Shown here: in pieces, positions 26,879 to 38,936 of the stretch | Layout of the letters: each line of letters starts with the position of its first letter | Position numbering within the stretch: the stretch's first letter is position 1 | Assembly (NCBI GenBank): GCA_030390025.1 | Contig: JASTWF010000326.1 | Location: forward strand, 372,001 to 436,000 | Direction of reading: 5' to 3' | Length of the DNA: 64,000 nt | From: Squalus acanthias | Taxonomy: Eukaryota | Program-made: the position numbers and the translations under genes | Notes under the pieces: generated by a model | What the model was told of the DNA's origin: nothing | What the model saw: only the letters and a program-made list of their open reading frames with translations | The model's database searches: none

Positions 26879-28779
26879 ACTATATAACTTTTTTAAAGGA
26901 AGGCATGGCAAGCTGGATTTGGAAATCCTACCTTCTGAAAGAATTCTGGCCTCGTTGAGGTAAGACAGTGGTTAACCCTGAAGAGTACCTTATAAGAAAC
27001 TCTACCTTATAAATTCTTTGGAACATGACAAACTGGGTTTGGAAATTTATGAAATAGCTATGAAAGAATTCTGGCTATTGAAATAGGACAAGTTGTTGAC
27101 CCTGAATAAGTAACCTTATTGAAACAGAAGAATGGGTGGCCCCGAATGGGTAACCTTATTAAAATAAGACAATGGCCAGCCCTGGATGAATGATCTTGAT
27201 TAAAACCTCTTGAGAATGACATTATGTAAGATACATCTGCCCTTTGCCTACATATGGTAAACTCCCAATAGCCATTGATGATGTGGCAGTAAGAATTTCA
27301 GCAGGTCAGCTGAAAGATGATTAGTGATAATTAACTTGGATTAACAGAAACCTTATGAAAAACAACTGAAAAAGGGGTATAAATATTGGAGTCTCGAATG
27401 AGATAATCAGACTCGCTTTAATCGGGCAAAGCGATTCTTGACTACAGGGGCGGCTCTGTAGTTCTTCACTCTTTTGTACCTCGGGGATTGAAGGTAACTG
27501 CTACCTTGATAATTGATGGATATCCTGTAATAGACAAGTTTAAAGAATGGTAATACTGTAGCAAAGTTAAGATTTATAAGTAGGATTCTCTGTTAAGAAT
27601 AAGATTGTACTTTTTCTATTTTTAAAACTGTTAAAGTTGCGATTGACTGATTCACCAACTGTAAATTGCATGTCGGTTTTTTTAATAAATCTCTATATTT
27701 TTAGAATTGTCTCATATAAGTCTTCTGTATCAATAACTCACGAACCCAATCTTTGTACACTCTTTGGTGAAGAGTTACAATTTCTGAAGGAAATCTCTGG
27801 ACCCTCATAATATCCGGGACTTTACTGTCTGGCTAAACTTATTAGAAGTGCTATCTGGAGGATGGTAACATTCTCAGGTTGTTCCTTTCCTTTCGGGAGA
27901 GGTAGCCCGGACCTTTAGACCCAGTTAAGCGTCTTTAGGATTCAGCTACCTCAAGCTTTAGTTGAAGGTTAACATCTGAGAAATTCGCCTGATCTGGGAT
28001 AACCCCAAAAGGGCTAGGACAAGTAAAAATCCTTTCAGCATGAATAGAGTGACCAACTCCGTGGAACATCAATTGCAGCAATTAATGTAGTCCATGCATG
28101 TCTTGTCCACGGCCGTGCAGACTCTGGATGACAATATGTCTGATGCCTTAAATAGGATGAGAGCCACCTTAGCCTTGGCCTTACAGCGACTCACTGATCT
28201 GCACCAAGATGCTCTCCAGCAGATTGGTAGCAGTGAAGTATGGCTGGCCCATGAAAGGGATGATGGCGAAAGGGGACATGGAAGTGGTGCCTGAACTTCT
28301 CACCCGTTGCATCCCCCAGCCAATAACCAAGATGCTGCTTTCTGCCCTGATGGTCAAGTCTTTCCCTGCTCAGATGGAGGTGGAGCAGTCTTTGGCAGAG
28401 CCCTTACGGGCACCAAGACCCAGAGTTCATCAGTCAAGAGCATCTAAGCAGTTAGAGCAGGGAAGTGAGCGGTCTGTCTCTACCACTGCTGAAGCCACAG
28501 CGGTTGCACCATGTAGGAGTGGTAGGAAAAGGAAGAGTAAAGCTTTGTATTTGCACAAGGGTATGCACTTGGGTGTATGAGAAAATGTTATGTTTCCATT
28601 CTTTAGTAGACTCACACAAAATTTATTATCTTGCACCACTTTCCTGTGTTGCCCTATCTTGGTTTCTGGCTGGCAACTCGCCTCTTTCACTTGCTTGATG
28701 ATGAATGGGAAGACATGAATTGACGGAGACCAAAGGGGGGATGTGGAAGCATGGGCATTGCGTGTGTTTCTGACATTCG

Positions 28780-29943
28780 TCCAGTGGTGGTGACTAACTG
28801 AGCCTTGCATTAATACGGGCATCTGGGGCAGTAATGTTAGCAGCTGGTGCAACATTAGCGTCGTCACCTTCCTCCTCCTTGTTTTCCTCCTCCTCCTCGG
28901 ATTCGTCTGCAGACAATGTGTGATCTGCACCATGTTCCTCCTGCAATTCCATACCTCACTACTGGGAAATGTTGTGCAGAGCGCCGCACACCACGACCAT
29001 TCTGGACACCCTGGTTGGTGCATACTGAAGGGCGCTTGCTGATCTTTCCAGGCAACTAAAGCGCAGCTTGAGCATGTCAATCGCTTGCTCAATGACACAT
29101 CTGTTGGTCATCTGGCTTTCAGTGCAGCACTCTTGGGCTTCATTTTTGGGGTTTCTCACAGGTGTCATCAGCCAAGTTTGAAGGGGTTGTCCCTTGTCTC
29201 CTAGCAGCTACCCTTTAAGTCTGCTTCCAGGTGCAAAGATGTCAAGGAACTTGGATTGCCATAGGACAAAAGCAACATGACAGCTCCCCGGAAATCTTGC
29301 GCACTCGTACTTAAATATTTTTTTGTGGTTGCACACCAGCTGCACATTGATAGAGTGGAAGCCCTTGCAGTTCATGATTACTCCTGGTTGAGCTGGAGGT
29401 ATGTGGATTGCCATATGTGCGCAGTTGACAACGCCCTGCACCTAGAGGAAGCCACCCAGAGACGCAAACCCGAGCGCCCGCTCATTCTGACTGGCATCAT
29501 CGCAGGCGAAGTTCACATAATTGCCGGCTCGGCCAAACAACCCATCAGTCACCTACCTTATACATTTGTGAGACTGACTGGGAGATCCAGGATATGTCTC
29601 CAGCAGCGTCCTGAAAGGATCCGGAGGCAAAAAAGTTGAAGGCTGTGGTTACTTTAACAACTACATGGCCACCAGGTCCAGCAGGGAGCAGATTTTCTTC
29701 TAGGAGGCTGCAGATGACTGCCACCACCTGATGCAACAACCTGAGCCTCTGGTAGCACTGCTGTTCCGTCAGGTCAAGGAAGCTGAGCCTCTTCCTGTAC
29801 ACCCTGTTTCACGGGTGGTGCCTCTTGCGAGCTGTACCATCTGCTGCTCCCCTCTCTGCAGGTCTGTCAACAGCAGCCTGTTGCTGCTGGTCATATTGCT
29901 CCTCATCCAAGGTCCAATCTAAGGCAGCCAAGGCTTCACCCAT
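28780..29943 (-). pseudogene. Harbinger DDE transposase, frameshifted
   Basis: KVTTAFNFFASGSFQ, QGVVNCAHMAI, KGFHSINVQLVC, VIEQAIDMLKLRFSCL, ALHN. Confidence 0.9.
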
Positions 29944-31129
29944 CCTGATCTGATTCAGAAAACCTCCAAAGTGTAGAACCGTAAACTCTCAGCAAAAGTA
30001 CCGTGAACAAACCCTTTCCCACTGGTAGGTAAGAAAGCAGCTGGGACTACTGATTATTTATTGGAGTATTTGCATGGCCTATAATCATCGCCGTCAATTG
30101 CCATTGTGTTCTGCCTTCTTTTCAGTGGCAATTTCCAGGAAGCCCGAGAAACCTGTGGATGTGCCGTTAAATTTAAAAATCTGTTGAAATACCATTCCAA
30201 TTGAGTGATTAGCATATGTTAATATTTAACCCGCCTCTTCCGAGGGGTTGCGTGCAACCAGCCTAACGCACCCGAGTTAAACGTGGAAGTTGGCAGGTTG
30301 GAGCCGGCTTCCGGATGTGCTCGCATTTTTGCCAACATTAGCACCCCACCTGCACCTAAACCCATGTGCTCCTCCATGTTAAAATACCCCTGCTGTCTCG
30401 CTCTTCTATTTGTCTTAGCTTTGAGAACTTTTGTTTTGTTAATGCTCACAAAAACACTGAAGGATTCCTAATTGGAGAAAAGGGGATAAAAAGTTGATTA
30501 TCGGTGCCTCATCATCATGTCATCAACGTGCACCCAAACCAGGAGGCCCAAGGCTGGCCCAAAATTGGACCTCATTTAAATTATTTGGGTGAGCTGATGG
30601 TGCCTGTAAACACCTCCTCAGGCAGCTGACCCATTTTATATAAATGAAGACAAGCGGTCCTAAGGTAGGTCCTGGGATTTGGGGATGGGTCGAATGTGAA
30701 TACTGTGAAGTCAGGTTAGCATTCCTGCTCCTCCTGGCTCCACAGCAACATATTTTAAAAATTACCTTTTTTGCTGGCCGCTGCACTGAAGAATCCTAAG
30801 CGGAGCAGGCCTGGCTCCAATTTCTGCAAGGGGCCCTAAAACAAGTCCTAGGCTCTGTAAAGGGCCAAGCGCCTGTTTGAGGCTCCTGCCAGGGACATTG
30901 AAAAATGGCCTGACCTGATATCAATTTGATGGCTTTCAAGCATCATTGGCCTCAAAAATGGCCTTCATTGTGCCTATAAAATGGTTGCAATGAGGTCTAA
31001 TTTCTACCCCATGATATAATAAACACTTCATGCAGAAGAATTTTAGAAAACATCTTTTATTCTGCTGCAGTGCACTTGGATAGTATGCAAAGAAGTATTC
31101 GATATGTTGCAAAACCAGTATATTCCCCA

Positions 31130-31870
31130 AAATGAGGTAAGAGATAGGACTAAGCTAAAAGAAAAGGCTTACACAAACACAAGGAAATGTGGAAATGCAA
31201 CAGACTGGGAGAACTATAAAAAGCAACAATAGGATACAAAGAAAGAAATGAGGAGCAAAAAGAAATATGAAAAAGAATACTAGGGGATATCAAAGCTAAC
31301 AGCAAAAGATTTATTTAATATATTAAGAGAAAGGGAGTGCTAAAAGGAAATATGGATCCATTAAAGACAGTTGCAGGCAAGAGTATAATTAGATAATCAA
31401 GAAATAGAAACTTGTTAAATTAATACTTTGTATCCGTTTTCACAGTGGAGGAAGAGGACAAAATACCAGCGGTAAAAGAAAACCTAAAAATAACTCGAGG
31501 AGAAACTTACTGAATCTGATACAAGTAAAAAAAAATGATAATGGAGAAAATAATGGGACTTAAGATAGACAAATTTCCAGGACCAAATGGTTTCCACTCC
31601 AGGGTATTAAAAGAAGAAGGTGAAGAAATTTCAGATACATTAGTTATAATTTTCCAAAGCTCTCTAGATTCGAGTATTGTGCCTGTCGATTGGAAAACAA
31701 CAAATGTCACTCCATTATTTACAAAAAGAGGGCTGGAGAAACCAGGTAACTACAAATGCACCAGTTTAACATCAGCTGTGAAGAAGCTACTGGAATCCAT
31801 CATCAGTAACTGAGTGAGTGAGCACTTAGACAAGTACGAGCTGATCAAAGAGAATCAGCATGGATTAATG
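31130..31870 (+). mobile_element. Degenerate CR1 ORF2 fragment
   Basis: LKIDKFPGPNGFHSRVLKE...DWKTTNVTPLF. Confidence 0.8.
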
Positions 31871-33049
31871 ACTTGGATGAAAAGTGCTCACCTTGCTTTG
31901 CAACCAAAAGTTCAGAGTGGCATTCTGCAACTCCAGAAGTGTGGGAGGTCCTCAGGCCAATGGTTAACCAACAAAAAACAATATTTCCATGGGGAATAGA
32001 AGGACAATCTTTTTAAAAGTAATTTCTCCCTGTAGGATTGATTACCTTTGGTCCTACATTTATTTGGGACCATCAGGAGGTCTGGAACAGAAACCAACAG
32101 CTGCTGACAGCAGGCATGAGAGTCCCTGGACCTGACAGGAGCAAGCTGAATTTGTAGGGTAGCCGGGAGAACGTTCCCCCAAAGGTGCTCCAAACTGCTG
32201 TCAGGTTATGGGGAGGCAGACAGAAGAAGCACCTGCACCACACCAGGTCAGGATTTTCATTATAACTTAAATGTGGTGGAAACCCAAAGCTCATGTTCCA
32301 CCCCAAATTGTGATTCCGACCACCACAACTAAGCTACAAGTCCATCGCTCCAACAGTGGAATTTCTGCCCCAGGATTTTCTTTTCTGCTTTTTCTGCCTA
32401 TTTTCCTCCCATTCATTCTTTCTCTCTTGAAAGCACGGACATATTGCTGCAATATAATTCCACAAGCAGTTCAAGCCATCTGATACCTCCCCTAAGTAGC
32501 CATCCTTCATATTTAAGTGTAGACAATGGGGTAGATCTTGACTTCGCTATCACTAGTTTTACACTATCAAGATCTACCTCAGTAAGTGTTGACATACTAT
32601 TTCACTTCAGGGGGCATTAAAGATGAATTCTATCTTGTATCTACACAGGCCTCTGCGCTTTCAGAAGGATTGGCTGGATAGCAATCAAGAGCAAAAACCT
32701 GATTGATTTTCTCCTCCATAGCCCAGGGGTGCTGCCCTGGCTGAGATCAGCAAACTCACACAAATCCATTACTGAATCTGGACTCTCCTAGACTGTATCA
32801 GTAATTTAATGATTGCCTCAATCAGCTCCCAATGGATGAAGAGTGCATTGGCAGAAACAGGAGATGAGGTGCTTGGCTTGTTACAATTGTATAGGCACAA
32901 AAGGAGATGGGGAAAGGTGTGATAACATGTCAAGAGACATAATTAAAGCAGTCTGATTACAAGGTCTGGTTTGGTTCCATGTTTTGAACAGAAACAGTTA
33001 TAGCTTCACAAATTAACTACTCATATATGCCAACCATAAATAAAAGTAG

Positions 33050-33205
33050 ACTTGCATTCATATGACTTTCATGACCTCAAGACGTCCCAAAGCGCTTTAC
33101 AGTCAATGAAGTACTTTTTGACTCCCCTGCTCTTCTTCAAAATAGTGCCATGGGATCTTTTAAATCTACCTGAGGGGGCAGTTTAACATCTCATCTGACG
33201 GTGCT
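33050..33205 (-). mobile_element. Deu-domain SINE fragment
   Basis: CCCCTGCTCTTCTTCAAAATAGTGCCATGGGATCTTT is the reverse complement of the core seen at about 15100-15160. Confidence 0.55.
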
Positions 33206-35651
33206 TTGCCAATGCTGGGAGGATGGGAAATTGTCTACCCTGCTGAGTCGGTGGAGGAGAGATGATTCCGGGGGTGTGGTGGGGGCGAGGGGGTCGTGGA
33301 TAGGAGCTTATATTGGCCAGCAGTGGCCCACGCCTTTTTTGTGGGCCAAGGACTCTCGCGCTTTCTGGCCACACCAAAAAACAAAAAATTCCTGAGGTGT
33401 TTTGTGAGCGGCCCTAAGTGGTTCTTTTAAGGGCTGTTTGCTGGGCTACTCCCCACCTGATGCAAATGGGCGGAGCATGCGCGGTACAATTGCTGCTCAT
33501 TTGTACCTTGAAATTGCAATTGGATTCCTACGTGCTTCATAGGCCCCCAATTTGCACGTTACAAGTAGCCTCCGACCTGAAACAGGCAGGTGTAAATTGT
33601 CCAAGTGCAAACAGGGCTGAAAGTAATCCGATGCAATCTTCGGGCCCCGACCGCCCTGTTTACACAGGCAGAAAGAGTTAAAATCGTTGCCAGTGAACCT
33701 TCTATCTTTTGTCCCTTTACCTCCAGTTTTGATCACGTCTTTAATTAGGATCATGTAATAGCTGCTTTAGAAATTAGGTCCTAACCTATTTAAATCATCC
33801 TGTGTCATCATCTGGCACAACTATTTTAATATGAAGCAAGAAATGGAAAGGTTGGTGTGAAAAAAGGATTATCTTCATTTATTATACATTTTACAAGCAT
33901 TCGTTATGTTCTTTTGCTCAGCTGAAAGAATTACACCAGCTACCAAATAAAGATCCGTTTCATTTTCTGCAAATTAGCTTGCAATTACTGCCTTGTTTGG
34001 AACAAATCCTTGTATCTCATCTCTATCGCTCCATGAAATATTTTTAATCAATGATGTGAACGAGAAACATGCTTCTTATAACCATAAAAAATTGTGGTTA
34101 TTTAGAATGCTCATTATCTCATTGCTAATCCATCCACAGATATTAAGCAACTTCAGGGGCAATAGATTTGGAGGAAAATCAACACCACATTCACAAGAGG
34201 TCAGGATTCAATTAATTCAGCACAAAATCATCCACAGATTCTATTGGATGTCATCCCGTTAAAATCAAACTAAAGTTGCTTATATTTCATGTTGGAGATT
34301 GAAGGACCAGATAGATTTTCGAGTTGGATTTAGATTTGTCTGTTAGAGATCACAGTGACTGATCTGTATTTAAGAGGTTAGCCAGGCTTACTTGCTGGCC
34401 AATTCTATTATACAAGGTATAGAGGTAAAAGCTTACTACGTTACAAATCCTCGTAAAGGGAAGAGTGATGAAACACTGAAGATTTCTTTTTACCAAATTT
34501 CTCTGAATGTTTTCTGTTTTAAAAAGGCGATGTATCATGCTTGCCTTTCCTCTCAGGTAAGAAGTAGCAGGGGGGTTTTCCAATGGGCAGCCTTTTGGTG
34601 TGAGGGCTTTCAGCATAGGCACCAACATATCTTCATACATCAGCCAAGTTGTGATTTTTCATGTTTCAGCCTAGACAGTATTGGTAGCCTATTCAACCAC
34701 ACAGGCATTAAAGCTGAGCTTGATCCTGTCGTCACCCAGACATGTGTGTATAAACACAAACACGCACACGTACACTTTCCAGTAAAGTCACCGAATAGCA
34801 ATTAGGTGCAGGAGTCCTCTCTGATTTCTTTCTTTCCTAGCTCACTGGCACTGAGGCTAATTGTAACACATTGGGAAGTAATTTGCAGCCCCTACGGGCA
34901 CGTATGAGGTGCACACGCGACCATAGTGGCTGGGCAAGTTCTGGGTTTAGACATGCGCAAAAACCCGGAACTTGCGATCTGTCAAGAATTTTCTTGACAG
35001 GTCCAACGCATCCCCAGGAAAAGGGCATCTGCGGGCGGAGAGTTGGGCTATTTGCCCAACTTCTGCCCAGCGAATGCCCGTGAAATCCTTATGCCTGATA
35101 AAAGCAGGCGTAAGGCCTGCTTTTACCAGCGTAAGGGGGAAAAATTCAGTTGGTTGCGCCTCCCGTTAGTGCCTTAAGAGGGCGCTAATGGGGCGCAAAT
35201 CAACTAGCGCCCGGGCGCAGAGATGTTTGCACCGCTCGCGAAATTAACTAGACATTTTGCGGCGGCGCTAAACAATACCGCCCCGATCTCCTGCGCACGC
35301 AGATCTTGATGTCATACGAGGGTGCAACACCCTTGTGGCGCCCCGGAGCGGAAATTGAGTGGCGCCCCCATCCTTTCCGCCTGGTGCAACCAACGACAGG
35401 AAGACTGGAATGCTCCCCAGTCACTGTGGGGCTGGGGGGTGGGTGGCGCTATTTAAAGGGGGCCTCTTCCTGTCTTTCTCTGTGGTAGACATTTTTGCAC
35501 CACTCGTTCTGAGAGAGAGAGAGAGATTCGGAGAGAGAGAAAGAGAAACTTCTGCATTGAGTCAACGCTGTGTGAGGTAGTTTTGGCTACTGATCATAAC
35601 TTTGCAGGTACTTTGGTTTTTGACCTTCATAACTTTGATTGCCAAGAGACT

Positions 35652-36812
35652 ATGGGGGCTGCACTGATTGGGGGCATTGTCCTGCGCCTGCAGAATCGGA
35701 GGACACAGAGACGCAGAGAGAGAGTGGCAATCATGGCCAGACGGAGGAGGGCCAACAGGCCTCTGTACAGGAGAACTTACCCTCCCAGGGTATATCGCCA
35801 ACAATTCTCATATATTAATATGTCTGAGGAGCAGTGTTTGCGAAGGCTGCGCTTCAGCAAGGAGGTAGTCACTGAGCTCTGCCATCTGCTGCAGCCAGAT
35901 CTGCAGCCTCAACTGAGGTCCAGGACGTCTCTGTCGGTGGCAGTGAAGATCACAGTGGCTCTGAACTTTTATGCCACTGGCTCATTTCAATCAGCTACTG
36001 GGGACATCCCCAATATCTCCCAGTTTGCGGTGCTTTGCTGCATCCGTCAGGTCACAAATGCCATCTATAAAAGGAGACGAGAGTACATCTCTTTCCCCAT
36101 GACCCCGGACAAGCAGCAAGAATGCGCAATGGGCTTTGCTAGGATAGCGGGCTTCCCCATGGTGCAGGGCGCCATTGACTGCACGCATGTGGCTTTGCGT
36201 GCTCCGCATGAGAATGCCGAGGATTTCCGCAACAGAAAGGGGTTCCATTCCTTAAACGTTCAGTTGGTCTGTGACCACAGACAGCTGATACTCGCTGTCA
36301 ATGCCCACTATCCTGGCAGCTGCCATGATGCATTCATCCTGCGCCAGACTACTGTGGCAGAACTTTTCCAGACACCGCATCAGCCAGTTGGTTGGCTTCT
36401 CGGGGACAAGGGATATCCACTGAGCACCTGGCTGATGACACCGCTCCGTACGCCCAACACCCCTGCTGAGCTGCGGTACAACGAGAGCCATCTTGCTACC
36501 AGAAACATCGTTGAGCACACAATCGGCGTGCTCAAGCAATGGTTCCGCTGTCTGGAACATTCTGGATGAGACCTGCAGTACTCGCCTGAGCGAGTCTCCC
36601 ACTTCGTAGTTGTGTGCTGCATGCTGCATAACCTGGCAATCCTCAGGACCCAGCCAATGCCACCAGGCCTTGGAGCACCACCAGAGGAGGAGGAGGAAGA
36701 GGAGGAGGAAGAGGAGGAGGATGATCAGCAGCAGCACCAAGGCGGGAGGGAGGCCCACAATGCAGAAACTGGAAGGGCCGTCCATCAACGGCTGATAGCA
36801 AGCCGCTTCTAG
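35652..36812 (+). pseudogene. Harbinger DDE transposase (about 386 codons) with one in-frame TGA at 36567-36569
   Basis: Catalytic motifs AIDCTH, LGDKGY and IVEHTIG are intact. The same frame continues after the stop (SG*DLQYSP...CCMLHNL, acidic tail). TATA-like TATTTAAA at about 35449. Confidence 0.93.
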
Positions 36813-37123
36813 GCCCCTGCTGAGGAAATGGCTTCTGCCATTGAGAACAACATGAATGAAAGCAACCCGCAACCCCTAAGCCGGCCAAGGCAACAATGAT
36901 TCCAAAGACCAAACATGTACATTTTGAATACAAAAACTTATTTATTTTACAAACTCTGTGTGTGTCATTTCTTTATGACAAACTAATAGAAAGAAACACA
37001 AAAAAACAGTCATTAACATAACTGGTTCTCACAACCTGGAAATAATGTCCAAAACACTAAACAAACGTTTGACCACGAACCTCGACCTTTAATAAAAAAA
37101 TGACCAACATTTTGTCACGCCTC

Positions 37124-38936
37124 CTACTTTTTGCCCTTCGAGGGTGATCTCCTTCCCTTGCGCACTTCCCCCCTTCCCACCCTACTGCTCCTCCGTAATG
37201 GGACCCCAGTGGCTGCAGCAAGGCTGCTGGAAGGCTGCTGATTGTCAGAACCTGAGATTGCAGATGCCCTTGAAGGACGGCCTCGACCAGATCTGGGTCT
37301 GGAGGGCCCGGCTGCAGACTGCACCAACTCTGCATGGGCGGCAGCAGTCTGTCCTACAGGCGGTGGCAAGTGCAGTGGAGAAGTGACAGTGGTGACAGCA
37401 GGAATGCTGTCATCTTGAGAGAGGACAGCAACTCCCTGCTTGACCGACACACTGGCACTCCCACAGGGCAGCACTTCAGCATCCGGAGCAATCTGCTGGA
37501 ACACAGATTGCTGGCCTGCTGCGGTGAGAGCCCCGGGGAAATGTGTCCGAACCAGCGAGGATGGCAGCAGTCAGTGCTCGCGTGGCCTCAATGTGAGTCT
37601 GCATGAGAGCTGTCAGAGATGGGGTCATGGCAGCAAGTGACTGAATTGCAGCACTAAACATTTGCGTGGCATCCGCCTGTGCTACAGCGAAGTGCTCCAC
37701 ACACCTTGCCAGTGATTCAATGCATTCGGGCACCCTTCCCACTGCACCCATGAGCTCAATGTGCATGTCTACCGCCTAGGTGTTCATTTCAGCGATCAGC
37801 CGATCCTCCTCTGCGTCCAGTGCAGTAGGACTCGCTGGCATACACTTCCTCCGGGGAGAAGGCCCCCGAGATTCCCTAACCCCATCACGTTGCTGCAGCC
37901 CGCTGGGTCCTGGAGTTCACCCTCATCAGACCCTTCCCCCCTGCTCCCCTCCAGGGAAGGCGTGTTCCTAGTGTGGGCATGGGCTTCCTCGGGAGAGGGT
38001 GGCACTGATGCTCCGCCTTCATCTTCCTCCTCACCTGCAGCTTCACTTTCACTGGCAGCTTGAGGGCCCGTCTCCTCAGCTGGTGAATCACCATCTGAAA
38101 GCAGGGAGGTACAAGAGTGGCTTTAGCGTGAGGACAGGGGGGCAGTAAGGGAGGAATGAGTGCAGCGATTTAGTAACTTGGATTGAAAGTGCCAAAAGCT
38201 GGTGTTGTGAGGGACAAGTGGAAGGAGAGAGGACAAAAAGGTGATGACCATACCATTGCTGTCCAGAACGGGGTCGGTGTCTCCAGTGGCGACGGGACCG
38301 ATCACCCAGCTTGCCACAATCCTGTGGACGCGCGCCTCAAGATCGCTGAGGGGTTGCTGCTGAAGCCGCCCTCCACCCGTCCGTTGCTGCTGTTTCCTAT
38401 TATGAGATAGCTTGGCCTGCAAGAAAAAGGATGGCGTCTGAGTAAATATACAGCCATGGTCTTGCCTGATGTGCCTCCCATAGGTGAATAGCCCTTACGT
38501 ATGCAGCCATGGTCTTGCCTGATGTGCCTCCCATAGGTGAATAGCCCTTACTGTATGCAAAGTGTGGAATGTGCATGTGTGTTTTATGAGAGGGCCATAG
38601 GTGTTGGATGAGTGTTGTGCATTGGGGTTTTAAGACTCTCTAGCCATAGAGTGAGGTTGAGATGGAGGGATGGAGAGGTATTGAAAAAAAGCCACTCACC
38701 CTGACGACCTGAGTGAGGTCGTTGAACTTTTTTCGACATTGAGTATGGGTCCTGGGCACCATGCTCCTGCAGGAGACGCCCTGAGCCACCTCCCTCCACA
38801 CTCTTCTGTACCCGCGCGGCAAAGGCCTCCTGCCACTCTCAGGGAAGAGTATAGATTTTCTGCACGCCACCGCGCCAACCAGAGCATTCAAGGCCCGCTC
38901 GCTGAAGCGCTGAGCTCGTTCTCTCACCCTCTCCAT
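37124..38936 (-). pseudogene. Harbinger Myb/SANT-like protein; exons 38936-38700, 38416-38254, 38094-37124
   Basis: MERVRERAQRFSERALNALV...VWREVA...QCRKKFNDL. GT-AG introns in phase 0 and phase 1. Exon 3 needs about two frameshifts to reach its end. Confidence 0.85.
38451..38551. repeat. 53-bp tandem duplication in Myb intron 1
   Basis: CAGCCATGGTCTTGCCTGATGTGCCTCCCATAGGTGAATAGCCCTTAC occurs twice. Confidence 0.95.

Larger units (their letters stand above)
25745..28037 (+). mobile_element. Solo LTR with two nested MITEs
   Basis: TGTGAAGGA...TCCTTTCA ends, exact 4-bp TSD GCAT, TATAAAT at about 27378 and AATAAA at about 27684. Confidence 0.8.
24473..28580 (+). pseudogene. Harbinger Myb/SANT-like gene (exon 1 24473-24711, exon 2 from 25007), split by an LTR
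   Basis: MDSGRSKAVPRFNDASLDVLL...AWLEVAEEV...QCRKRFNDL with a frameshift. Donor AAG|GTGAGT and acceptor TTGCAG|. The last exon is interrupted at 25745-28037. Confidence 0.75.
24212..30391. mobile_element. Decayed PIF/Harbinger transposon carrying a nested solo LTR
   Basis: Myb gene on + and transposase on -. GCT flanks on both sides; TIR similarity is weak, so the ends are tentative. Confidence 0.75.

Noticed and set aside
32413..32595. Minus ORF containing KYEGWL (PH-domain-like word)
   Set aside because: A short isolated match compatible with chance.
34350..34805. Possible host exon (minus ORF MYEDMLVP... with a GTAAGC donor)
   Set aside because: No recognisable domain and no partner exons; it cannot be supported without homology or RNA data.
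35652..36812. Domesticated host gene HARBI1, or NAIF1 for the Myb ORF
   Set aside because: It is flanked by TIRs and a TAA TSD, has relatives in the window and carries a nonsense codon, so it is a transposon copy.
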